NCBI GenBank assembly: GCA_963575745.1
Contig: CAUYUJ010000274.1
Location: 1 to 64,000 of the forward strand
Length of the DNA: 64,000 bases
Source of the DNA: Prorocentrum cordatum
Lineage: Eukaryota
Direction: 5' to 3'
Both the position numbers and the translations under genes were made by a program. Shown piece after piece: positions 1 to 10,045 of this stretch; positions within the stretch are counted from its first letter, which is position 1; every line of letters starts with the position of its first letter. The notes beneath the pieces were generated by a model. That model saw only the letters and a list, made by a program, of their open reading frames with translations, had not been told where the DNA came from and searched no databases.

Positions 1-159
1 AATCGTGCTCCCGCTGCAGCGTGGGCCTCATTTTCAGATCCGTGTTTTGCCTCCGTCGTTCAGGATGGCGTTCTCGCCCCAGCGCGGGCCTCGTTCTCGC
101 GCGCCCATCCGCCCGCCACCACCGCACCGCGCCCCGCCCCACCCACCGCCACTTCCACC

Positions 160-289
160 CACCAACGCACGCACGAACGCACGCACGCGCACCACCACCG
201 CGCACCGCCACCACCACCCCACTACCCCACCCACCACCACCACGCTACACCGCGTCACACCACATCACACGCGCGCACACAGACACACA

Positions 290-357
<68 letters not shown>

Positions 358-725
358 CACACACCACACAACATACACATAAACACACATCACATCTCCC
401 ACACACACACACACACACACGCACACACACACAGACACACACAGACACACACAGACACACACACACACACACAGACACACACAGACACACACAGACACAC
501 GCACCACCACCACCACCACCACCACCACCACCACCACCACAGCCATCACGCACGTACGCACCTGGCCCACCACCAAACCACCAAGACGCCACACCACGTC
601 ACACCACAGCACACGTGCACACACGCACACACACACACACATACATACACACCACCACCACAACAACCACAACCACGCACACACGCACGCACGTACGCGC
701 ACCACCACCCACTACGCACACGCGC
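160..725. repeat. Compound microsatellite (GCAC)n/(CA)n/(CAC)n
   Basis: Directly visible tandem runs. Confidence 0.95.
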
Positions 726-839
726 GCGGAGCCACAGGTCCGCTACGACACGCGTCCGCAGATAGAGAAAATAAGCGCCATGGTAAGGGATGGGAGGGAG
801 GGGTAGGATGTCAGATATGACGCGAGCGCACCTAGCTTG

Positions 840-1230
840 TCCCCCCCCCCTCCCCTCCTCCCTCCTCCCTCCTCCCTCCTCCCTCCTCCCTCCTCCCCCT
901 CCTTCTTCCCTACTCCCTCCTCCCCACTCCCCCCTCCCTCCTCCCTCCTCTCCCGGCCTCACCATCCTCTCCCCCCTCCTCCCTCTCCCTCCTCCCTCTC
1001 CTCCTCCTCCCTCCCTCCTCTCCCTCTCCCTCCTCCCTCCTCCCTTCCTCCCTCCTCCCCCCTCCTTCTCCCCCCATCCCTCCTCCCTCCTCCTCCTCCT
1101 CCTCCCTCCTCTCCTCCCTCCTCCCTCCTCCCTCCCTCCCTCCCCCTCCCCCTCCCCCCTCCTCCTCCTCCCTCCCTCCCTCCTCCCTCCCCCCATCCTC
1201 CTCCTCCCTCTCCCTCCTCCCCTTCCTCTC
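840..1230. repeat. Degenerate (CCT)n polypyrimidine tract, representative of dozens of CCT/GGA tracts in the window
   Basis: Directly visible. Similar tracts at ~2510-3050, 3410-3800, 5898-6050, 27050-28140, 28340-29020, 31730-32480, 38930-39085, 41360-41480, 58215-58470 and 60840-61420. Confidence 0.95.
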
Positions 1231-1279
1231 GGTGCTGCACGCGCGGAGGAGACCGGGGCGGCGCGGGGGGCCCGCATGC

Positions 1280-1336
1280 CGCGCTCGTGGCTGCCGATGT
1301 GGTTCCACTTGAGGCACACGCTGGAGACGCTCGAGC
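1280..1336 (-). CDS. Exon of RNI-like leucine-rich-repeat protein (LRRC45/NLRC3-like): (G)SSVSSVCLKWNHIGSHER(G)
   Basis: CCAG acceptor and G|GCATG donor, GC3-rich codons. LxLxWNxIG LRR motif. Joins in phase with exon 3926-3982. The donor position is slightly ambiguous. Confidence 0.75.
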
Positions 1337-1477
1337 CTGGCGGGCGGGCGGGACAACGATAGGGGGGAGCGTTTGGCTCTCCGAATGGGGCAACAAGGAT
1401 AGGGGTGGGGGCATCGATTCGGATTCGAGGTTCCAAGCTCGAGGTGTCCTGGCGTCTTCGTCGGTTCCTGGCGTGTG

Positions 1478-2095
1478 TCCAGTCTCGGGATGCCTGGCAG
1501 CAGCTGTACCGCGCCGCGGCGGGCGTTCCAGGGGTGCCCGTAACGTCCCGAACGCCCGAACGGCCGCCGGAGAGCCGAGGTATGGCCCGTAAACCAGGTT
1601 GCAACGGAGGGGGGGGGGGATAGGCTCAGGAGGGGAAGTGTCGACCCCCAATCGCCCAATCGTCGCCGATAGGGGTCCGATAGCCCCACCCCGCCCAGGA
1701 GCGCAGGGATGCGCCTTTGACTTGATTCTCTTGCACAGCTGTGTTCTAGAGCTCGGACCTCTTTATTTTCGTCGTCGTCGTTCGTTCGTTCGTCGTTCGT
1801 CCCCTCCAGCTCCCCCTCCAGCCACCGAAGGAAACTCCTGGAGGAAGGATGCGAAAGCCTCCTGTCCCTCGCAGCTCCTTGGTGCAAGAGCCAGGGCACA
1901 GGTGCCACTTGCTGGGGGCCCATCGCCGAGCTATCGGCGATGTATCGCCGCTTCTGGGTCGATGCTCTCCCCCCTGAGCCAGCCCCTTGGTGGTTCCCGG
2001 GCCCTACCACTCGGGCCTTTGGCGGCCGTTCGGAACGATCCGGGCACCCGGGGAACGCCCTCGCGCAGCTGCTGGAGTGCATCCCGAGGCTGGAA
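1478..2095. repeat. Inverted pair of a dispersed repeat (1478-1590 vs 1998-2095)
   Basis: TCCAGTCTCGGGATGC..CAGCAGCTG..GGGCGTTCC..GGGTGCCCG..CCGAACGGCCGCC matches the reverse complement of 1998-2095. Confidence 0.6.
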
Positions 2096-2172
2096 AAACC
2101 GCCAGTGACCAAAAACTTCGCCCGAAAACCTCAGGCCCCCAAACTTCGCCCCCCCCCCCCCCCTGCGCGCGC

Positions 2173-2285
2173 GCCATCGCTCGGACGTCCATTCCCCATA
2201 CATGTTTCGACGTCGTGCGTGCATTTCTTCGTGAGGTGACCCACGATGCTCCCGCCGAGAAGAAATGCACACGTCCGAGCGATAC
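2173..2285. mobile_element. MITE family A (TIR core CATCGCTCGGACGT); other copies ~5264-5387, 47471-47595, 63032-63125
   Basis: CCATCGCTCGGACGTCCATTCCC ... GCACACGTCCGAGCGATRCC inverted ends, four copies. Confidence 0.75.
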
Positions 2286-2302
2286 CAAGCCTGAGCCTAT
2301 CC

Positions 2303-2462
2303 TGAAGTCGGGCGTGTCCCCCTACAGGGGGATGTTCGACGAAACATAAGAAATTCGCAAACAAAACTCGAAAATGGCCAAACAATGCTCAAAAGATAGT
2401 CCCCAGACTATTTCTTGACTATTTTTGCATGTTCACCCTGTAAAGGGACAGGCCCGACTTAA
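2303..2462. mobile_element. MITE family B (TIR TTAAGTCGGGCCTGTCCC.CTACAGG, 8-bp TSD); copies 6812-6941, 38336-38461, 42761-42922, 45649-45796, 48100-48260, partial ~38690-38883 and ~55890-56001
   Basis: Inverted termini. TSD GCCTATCC at 2295-2302 and 2463-2470; GGGCAGAC/GGGTAGAC around the 45649 copy. Internal CCCCAGACTAT motif shared. Confidence 0.85.
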
Positions 2463-3925
2463 GCCTATCCAAGGGCTCCCAACTTCGCGCTCTCGCGCCG
2501 CCTCCCAGGGGGGAAGAGGAGGAGGAGGAGGAGGAGGAGGAGGAGGAGGAGGAGGAGGAGGAGACGGAGGAGGAATCGGAGCCGAACCGCGAAGCGCGAA
2601 GCGCGAGTACTACGCGCCCTCGAGAGAGGAGGGAGAGAAGGAGGAGGAGGAGGAGGAGGAGGAGGAGGAGGAGGAGGAGGAGGAGATGAGAGGAGAGGAG
2701 GAGAGGAGAGAGGGAGGAGGAGTATGAGAGGGAGGGAGAAGGAGTGAGGAGGAGGAGGAGGAGGAGGGAGGGAGGAGGAGGATGGAGGATGAGGAGGAGG
2801 AGGGGCGGAGAGGGAGGGGAGGAGGAGGAGAGGGAACAAGGAGGGAGGAGGAGGAGGAGGGGGAGGGAGGGAGGAGGTAGGCGGAAGGAAAGGGAAGGAG
2901 GATGGAGAGGAGGAGAGGGAGGAGGGAGGGGGACGGGGAGGAGGGAGAGGGGTGGATGAGTGGGAGGAGGAGTACCAGGAGGTGGGGGAGGGGGAGGATT
3001 GAGTACCACAAGGAGGAGGGGGAAGGGAGGAGATGGAGGAAAGGAGAAGAGACCCGGGGGTTCGCGCGTCCAACAAACGAGTAAACAGGGCTTCTCGGGG
3101 GGGGTAGCAGCCAACATCTCCTCCCGCTGGAGCGGGGCCTCTGCCGTGACGACCCGCGCGCGAGCGTCCGACGCCGCGGGAGAATCGGCCGGGGCTTCCC
3201 GATGGCGCGGGACGCTCGGTGCTGGCCAGGGCCGGGCCGGGCCGCCGGCCTTCCACGGATCGGACGTCCCTTCCGCGTGCACCTGTCGATCTCGTGCGTG
3301 CTGCCTTTGTCGCAGGGCTGGTGGGCTTGTTCTCCACCACCACCACCACCACCACCACCACCACCACCACCACTTGTAGGGGGGGAGGGGGTGGGTCCTC
3401 ACTCCTCCGTCCCCTTCCTCCTTCCTATCCTCTCCCCTCCTCTCACTCCTCTTGCCCCTCCTCTTAGCCCCTCACCCTCTTCCCTTCGCCTCCTCCAGCC
3501 GTCCTCCTCCAATTCCTCTCATCCTCCTCCCTCCTCCTCCTCCTCCTCCTCCTCCTTCGCCCTCCGCCTTCCTCCGCCTCCTCCTCCCTCCTCCCTCCTC
3601 CTCCGTCCCCCTTCCGCCCTCCACCTCCGCCGCCACTGCTCCTCCTCATCCCCTCCTCCTTCTCCTTCCTCCTCCCTCCTCCTCCTCCTCCTCCTCCATG
3701 CCTCCTCCTCCTCCTCCCTCCTCCTCCTCCTCCTCTCCTCCTCCTCCTCCTCCTCCTCTCCTCCTCCTCCGCCTCCTCCTCCTCCTCCTCCTCCTCCTCC
3801 TTACCCCCTCCAACTTATGGTGGTGGTGGTGGCGGAAGACAGGCCCACGAAGGACGACCGAGGCCCTCCCCGGAGGCCCTGGCCGAGAACCGCCGCCGCG
3901 CCGACACGACGCCGGGGGGAGGCAC

Positions 3926-3982
3926 CGGAGCGCAGGGCGTGGGAGAGCACGACCAGGCCGTCCGCCCGGATGCTGTTGCCAC
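3926..3982 (-). CDS. Exon of RNI-like LRR protein: GNSIRADGLVVLSHALRS(G)
   Basis: CAAG acceptor and G|GTGCC donor, 57 nt, phase 1/1. GNxIxxxGxxxLxxAL is the RNI-like LRR consensus. Continues into exon 1280-1336. Confidence 0.8.
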
Positions 3983-5429
3983 CTTGCGGGGGGGCCGTGC
4001 TGCCGCGGGGGGCGCGGCGCCAGCCGCGCGGGGAGGGTCCGCCCTCTCGGGAGGAGGATCGAGGGAGGAGGATCGAGGAGGAGGAGAAGGAGGAGGAGGA
4101 GGATCAATAATGATCGAGAATGATCGAGGGGGAGGAGGAGGTGGAGGAGGAGGAGGAGGAGGAGGAGGAGAAGGAGGATCAATAATGATCGAGAATGATC
4201 GAGGAGGAGGAGGATCGAGGGAGAACAGGAGGAAGCAAGGAAGAAAGGAGGGATGGAAGGAAGGAGAGGAAGGGAAGGTGATTGGGAGGAGGAGGAGGAG
4301 GAGGAGGAGGAGGAAGGAAGGAAGGAAGGAAGAAAGGAAGGAAGGAGGGACGGAGGAAGGGAGGGGAAAAGGCGAGGATTACCAGGATTGCCGCAACCAT
4401 CAGAGTGATAGAGGCACAAAGCCACCCCCAAATCGGGCACAACAAGTCGCCTAACCTGACGACGCAGAACAAGCAAACAACTGGAGCCCGATGAAATGCG
4501 ACCATGAGACGCCAGCTGCACGCGAAACGTGCAATGAGCCCAAAGCCGCCGATACCTTGAATGAATTTCTCATTGCACACAAAAAGTAACACTTGCTAAA
4601 CAGAATACGTTCAATCCGATACGACCAATTGCAATGATGAAAACACAATTGGTCATCGGGCAACCTCGTTTTCCGTGTAAGCACAGCAGAGTCGCACGTC
4701 TTCAAGTCGAGATCGTCTCCTCCACAAGCTGCCTCGCCGAATGCCAATACTGAATAAGGAGGGAGGAGGGAGGGAGGGAGTAGAAGGAAGGCGTTAGGAG
4801 GACCTAGGCCTTTGGCAACATCTTTTCGCGTCTGCAGAAGCCTTCAGGAGGAGGAGGAGGAGGAGGAGGAAGGAGGAGGAGGAAGAGGAAGAGGAAGAGG
4901 AGGAGGAGAGGGAGGGAGGGGAGGGAGGGAGGGAGAGATGAGGAGGGAGGAAGAGGAAGAGGAGGAGAGGAGGAGGAGAGGCAGGGAGGGAGGGAGGATG
5001 ACGATAGAAGAGGAAGAGGGAGGGAGGAGGGAGGACGAACACACAAACGGCCACCAATGCGAACTGCAATCCAGGCCTACTTGAGGCCAAGTGAATAAGG
5101 TCGTGGCCTCCGACATCTACGGTGTATGGTGAGGCATGCAAGCGAGACATCTGTGGAACGAAAGAGGGGGCGGGGGGGGGAGGGGGAGGAACCCTTGCTG
5201 TTGGAATCGTCGTGGGCGGGCGTGTCGTCGTGACTGATGCCCTATGGTGGTCTGCGCTGGCTCGCCATCGCTCGGACGTTCACTCCTCGTGCAGTGTTCT
5301 GCTTCGCGCGTGCACGTTTCCTGAAGCTGGAACACAATGTTTCTCGATGGTCCTTGCCGAAGAAAAACGCACACGTCCTGGCGATGCCGAGCTGGTGTCG
5401 GGCTGTGTCTCCGTTGTTGTTCTTCGCTA

Positions 5430-5772
5430 GGTGTCCACATGCGAACCCTACCCCTACCCCCCACGATTTCTGCTTGGGAGGGTGGGGTTCACTTCGTTCG
5501 GGAGCTCCCGAGCGAAGTGAACCCCACCCTAGCGAGCGCCCCTAGCTTGCTCCCCCTCCCTCTCCTTCCTCTCCTTCCTCCCGCTTTCGCGCTCCTCGGG
5601 ACCTGCAGCGGTCCATTGAGGAGAAGGGCCCACGGGGGGTGGTCGAAAGCCCACCTCCGGCGCCCCATCGCGGGCCCGAATAGCAAGGCGAGAAGAGGGA
5701 CGGCCACTGACCTGGGTGACTTATTCAGTGGCGTTTCTGAGGGGGTAGGGGTAGGGTTCGCATGTGGCCCCC
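5430..5772. mobile_element. TA-flanked MITE (Tc1/mariner-like), ~32-bp TIR
   Basis: TA|GGTGTCCACATGCGAACCCTACCCCTACCCCC ... GGGGGTAGGGGTAGGGTTCGCATGTGGCCCCC|TA. Confidence 0.8.
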
Positions 5773-7054
5773 TATCTGCTGGGATTGGTGTCGGTGCCGG
5801 GGGACGGTCGGAGTGCCGAGCTGGTGGCCGGAGGTCGGCGGGTGGAGGCGGAAGTGCAATGTCCAGTGCGGCACGAAGAGGGCAGAGGCGAGGGACGCGA
5901 GGAGGAGGAGGAGGAGGAGGAGGAGGAGGAGGAGGAGGAGGGGGAGGAGGAGGGCGAGGAGGAGGAGGAGGAGGGCGAGGAGGGGGAGGAGGGCGAGGAG
6001 GAGGAAGAGGAGGAGGGCGAGGAGGAGGGCGAGGTGGAGGAGGAGGAGGAGACGCGGGGCGCTGTCACTCCAAAACGAGGGCCCCCAACACCACAACATG
6101 GTTGTGGACAGAAGCCCTCGTGCCGCGCGCTTGGGGATGTCGCCCAGCGCCGATACAAGAAGTCCGCGCGGACCTCCGAAAGTTCGTGATTGTGCAATGT
6201 TAGTTTGTTTGTTCGTTTGTTGTTTGTTTGTTTGTTTGTTTGTTTGTTTGTTTGTTTGTTCGGTTGCTTCCGTCTCCCACCTGGCGCTCTTTTCAGACAC
6301 GGCGTGGATCGTTCAGCCTGAAACGATCACTCTTTATCGAGAGTGCAAGTCGGTCGATATCGTCATATTCAGGGCCACAAGGCAGCGTTCAACCTTCAAC
6401 GCTCGCGATGGGGTCGCCTCCGCGTCGACATGGCGCAGATCTACCGCAAGATCAACAAGCATCCCATCGGCACATCGGATCGAACCGAGATGTGTGTTAA
6501 CGCAGGCATCGGGCCGCAACGGAAGGTCGGAACGTCGGCATCGAATCGGATCGGACCAGCTGGACTCGACATCGAGTCGGGCAGGTCGGATCGAAATGGA
6601 CCCCGGCCCCGACTTTTTGGGTCACACCTCGGGTGTGCAGCGGCCGTTCGGAGTGGGACAGGCAGCCCTGGGACGCCCCCGGCGAGGTGTACAGAAGGGG
6701 CCAGACCACAAGCAAACGTCCACAAGAAACCCAACCCTGAGACCCGAAGACGTCAGAGCGCTCCGGGGCCGGCGGAATGAGCGAAGCGATTAAATAAAGG
6801 CGGGGTTATCGGTAGGTCGGGCGTGTCCTCCTACAGGCGGATTCTGGATGAACAAAAAAACATAGTCAAAAAACATCGTCCCCTGACTATTTTTAGACTA
6901 TTTTTGAATATCCCTCCTGTCGAGGGACAGGCCCGGTGTCAGGTTATGGAGTCAGCCCACGCAGCTGATATCCCCGGCGACTCCTGGCGCTCCGGTCGCC
7001 GACGTAACCGAAGAAAGGGCGTGGCGGTGGGGCTGAAACCAGCTGCGCGCAGCA

Positions 7055-7081
7055 GATTGCGCAACTCCCTCTTTCCTACTC
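7055..7081 (+). repeat. Left target-site duplication of the LINE (27 bp)
   Basis: GATTGCGCAACTCCCTCTTTCCTACTC is identical to 15493-15519. Confidence 0.92.
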
Positions 7082-7304
7082 CTCCTCCTCCTCCTCCTCC
7101 TCCTCCTCCTCCTCCTCCTCCTCCTCCTCCTCCTCCTCCGCCTCCTCCTCCGCCTCCGCCTCCGCCTCCGCCTCAGCCGCCGCCTCCTCCTCCTCCTCCT
7201 CCTCCTCCTCCTCCTCCTCCTCCTCCTCCTCCTCCGCCTCCTCCTCCTCCTCCTCCTCCTCCTCCTCCTCCTCCTCCTCCTCCTCCTCCTCCTCCCCTCC
7301 TCCT

Positions 7305-7326
7305 TCCGTAGCCATTTTGGCTCAAG
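7305..7326 (+). other. Complete dinoflagellate spliced-leader (DinoSL) sequence at the LINE 5' end
   Basis: TCCGTAGCCATTTTGGCTCAAG matches DCCGTAGCCATTTTGGCTCAAG 22/22. It is followed by GCTAATG and then the element 5'UTR. Confidence 0.95.
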
Positions 7327-7524
7327 GCTAATGCTTTTGCGGGCTGAGCCCGTATTGGCTTCCACGGAGACCGCTAGTCCGCGGCAGTGCCAGAGCGTTT
7401 GCGCTCGACAGCTTACCGCCTACACCGAGGGGTTGGGCTCCCTCATCAGTTTTGTCGCCACGGCCAGGCTGCCTGGCTACGGTACGGCCGTCACTGCTCT
7501 TGTCTCTCGTTCTGTGCGGGCATC

Positions 7525-8697
7525 ATGGCGCCGCCGAAAGGTGCTGCGGCAAGAGACAGGGCAGCACGGGCCAAGAGATGGGTGTGCAGGCACTGCACAC
7601 ATGAGAAAACTGGCGAGCCTTGGCACAATCATGCAGATGCTGTTTCTTGCTTCTTGTGTGGTGGGGCCAAAGGACGTGTCTACAAGTGCGACCTACCTTC
7701 TCCTACGCCCAGTGTTCGTGCACCTGCTGCTGGGGGCAATACTCGGGCGGTGCTGGAGGCCAAGGATAAGGAGTTGGCGGCCCTTCGGAAGCAGGTGCAG
7801 CAGCTGTCTCGGACCAGGCCGACTGAGAACGTGCAGCAGTCGCCTCCGCAGTCTGATGCCGCCACCACTAAGGACGACGCCCAGAGTAAGCAGCAGGAGC
7901 TGAAGGCGCTGGAGCAGGTGGTGGCCTCCCTCGAGCTGGCTGCTAAAGTCAAAGGCGTTGCCCCGCAGACTGTTGTCGGCTATGAGGAAGCTCAAACATC
8001 GTTACGAAAGTTGCGGCAGGAGATCCACGATGCTAAGCCGTTGGGTGCGCAGGTGCATGGCATTGGCAATAAGATTCAGAAGGCTGATCAGCAGATTGCG
8101 AAGCTCAAGGCCACCATCGAGTCGGAAGAGCAGGCCATCGCTGAAAAACAAGCCTTGTTGGTGGATCTCAAGCAGCAGTTGGAGACCAAAGAAAAGGCTC
8201 GGGTGCAGATGCAGAGGGAGCAGATGGAGTTGCTGCGTACTCGTACACCTGAGCAGGTCACTCATGCTCCTGAAGGCAGCGACCAAGCGGTCTTTGACAC
8301 CTTCACGGCCAGTCTGGAGCAACTGCAGAGCCTGGTTCAGTCCCTCGGTGGCGGTGCGCAGTTGGCCGCCAGTTGCGCCCAGTTCGTGGAGCCCTGGCTT
8401 GAGCAAGTTCGGAAGCAGCGAACTGAACAGCAAGAGCAGCTTCGCGCGCAACAGCAGCAGCCACAACAGCAGCAGCGACCTCCCGAGACGTCACAGCAGC
8501 AAGCTGAGCAGCCTGTTCGGCCCGAGTGCTTTGACATGCCTGTACCTGAAGATATGGACCTGGAAGATCTTCGGACATTTGTTGCTGACGCTGGGATGGA
8601 AGCCAGCGCTGATGAGGCGGAGCTGCGTGCCCAGGCCAAGCGCCAGCTGGACTCGTGCCAGAAGCTGCTGGCCAAGAAGCCCAAGGTTGCGGCTTAG
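7525..8697 (+). CDS. LINE ORF1-like protein: N-terminal RanBP2-like C4 zinc finger plus long coiled coil
   Basis: ATG at 7525. WVCRHC...NHADAVSCFLCG motif. Q/E/K/L-rich heptads. Open for 390 aa. Confidence 0.8.
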   Translation: MAPPKGAAARDRAARAKRWVCRHCTHEKTGEPWHNHADAVSCFLCGGAKGRVYKCDLPSPTPSVRAPAAGGNTRAVLEAKDKELAALRKQVQQLSRTRPTENVQQSPPQSDAATTKDDAQSKQQELKALEQVVASLELAAKVKGVAPQTVVGYEEAQTSLRKLRQEIHDAKPLGAQVHGIGNKIQKADQQIAKLKATIESEEQAIAEKQALLVDLKQQLETKEKARVQMQREQMELLRTRTPEQVTHAPEGSDQAVFDTFTASLEQLQSLVQSLGGGAQLAASCAQFVEPWLEQVRKQRTEQQEQLRAQQQQPQQQQRPPETSQQQAEQPVRPECFDMPVPEDMDLEDLRTFVADAGMEASADEAELRAQAKRQLDSCQKLLAKKPKVAA

Positions 8698-8728
8698 GCC
8701 TGTGCTCCTGATTGCTACTATCGGCGCA

Positions 8729-10045
8729 ATGGCGGCAGACTCCCATATCTTCGATTTCGGCGACGACTTCGAGCAGTTGTGTGTCGACCCTGGCTTCGAC
8801 CAGGATGAGTTCTTCGGGATCCACGAGCAGGATACTAGAGCGCTCGGAGGACCTGCTGAGGCAGATGGTGGCTGTGAACGCCTACGTGCGGATCCTGGTC
8901 CGCTGCCAGATGTTTTTGTTCCTGTGCATGCTGATGACGGAGGGCATCAGGCGTTAGATCGCAAATCCTGGGTTGCCTGTGGCAGCTCAGGTTCGCAGTC
9001 GCGCCTGCGTCCACCATCCCCCAGGGCACCCCTTCCACAGGAGGCGGGGGACTCAGCGAGTGGGGGTGGGGGCGCAGGGTTTTGCTGGACTCCTCTTTCT
9101 CATGGCGAGCCCGCAGTCGGTGGCGCGACGTGGGGCAGCAGTCCAGGACACCTCCATCCAGCACGGATGCCTGCACCTCCTGACCCAGTGCAGGACTACC
9201 AGGACATGCGCCAGAACTTACGTGACTGGGCGGCTCTCTGGTTCGACAGCCACACACAGATCCCACGGGATGGACGTCCGTGGGTTGAACGGTGTACTGC
9301 CTTTTTATCCGCCTTGATAGGACGTGATGCCAATATTCCTTTACGTCAGTTGCTCTTGACTTGGTTTCCTGGAAGGAGCCTTCAATATATATATATATTC
9401 GATGAGCTATGTTCTACGGCATGGCGGCAATCTGAGGGACGCCGAGAGGCCTGGTTCATGCGCCTCGCTGGACGAGAGCCTGGCGCCGCTCAAAGGCTTG
9501 AGCACAGACACTGGAGAGCTCTCGACGAGTTCCGAGCGATGTTCCGACGAGTGCTGGGCGACCAGGCCCCAGATGTCAGGAATACACCACATCCTCGACG
9601 ACCTAATGCAGATGATGACCAAGCGGGCGACCCGTTGGACTCGGTCATCGCGCAGCTGGTGGTGCTGTCTTTCAGGCCGACAGCTTCCACTTCAGCTACG
9701 CCTACGACTGCACCTACCAGTTCTTGGAGTGGGTCGTCAGCGGCTACGCTGGTCGATATCACGACTGCCCCGATGAGTGCGACCAACACTGGGATCTCTA
9801 ATATAGGATCCAGGCCACATGCCTTGCTGGAATCCAGCCCGAGTCGCCACGACCCCGTCAGAACGCGCCTGGGCAGGCCCTCCCTGGGATCCTGGGCCCT
9901 TGCTCGCCTCAGGCTGACGCTGAGCGGCGGGAGGCCATTCGGGGGGGCCGTTCGGTCTTGTCGGCTCAGGCCACCGCTGCCCCCCCTGGGCCTGTCGAGA
10001 GGTCGCAGGGGCCAGGCGGGTCCCAGTGCTCACATCCTACCTTAA
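8729..10045 (+). CDS. LINE-internal ORF of unknown function (~438 aa); separate ORF or frameshifted N-terminus of ORF2
   Basis: ATG at 8729, 31 nt after the ORF1 stop. Acidic N-terminus and a Trp-rich helical-looking middle (LRDWAALWFDSH...AWRQSEGRREAWFMRL). Overlaps the endonuclease frame at 9958-10045. Confidence 0.55.
   Translation: MAADSHIFDFGDDFEQLCVDPGFDQDEFFGIHEQDTRALGGPAEADGGCERLRADPGPLPDVFVPVHADDGGHQALDRKSWVACGSSGSQSRLRPPSPRAPLPQEAGDSASGGGGAGFCWTPLSHGEPAVGGATWGSSPGHLHPARMPAPPDPVQDYQDMRQNLRDWAALWFDSHTQIPRDGRPWVERCTAFLSALIGRDANIPLRQLLLTWFPGRSLQYIYIFDELCSTAWRQSEGRREAWFMRLAGREPGAAQRLEHRHWRALDEFRAMFRRVLGDQAPDVRNTPHPRRPNADDDQAGDPLDSVIAQLVVLSFRPTASTSATPTTAPTSSWSGSSAATLVDITTAPMSATNTGISNIGSRPHALLESSPSRHDPVRTRLGRPSLGSWALARLRLTLSGGRPFGGAVRSCRLRPPLPPLGLSRGRRGQAGPSAHILP

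Noticed and set aside
5..1362. Long His/Thr/Pro/Gly-rich ORFs, and the similar ones throughout the track
   Set aside because: They are translations of CA, CAC, CCT, CAT and GAC microsatellites, open in many frames with no domain content.
3085..3292. Exon-like stretch VHAEGTSDPWKAGGPARPW... between the two LRR exons
   Set aside because: It would break the LRR register, and the flanking exons join perfectly without it.
7305..7400. SL-RNA gene
   Set aside because: The SL is followed directly by the LINE 5'UTR and ORF1, preceded by (CCT)n and enclosed in the TSD. There is no GT-initiated SL intron or tandem SL/5S context.
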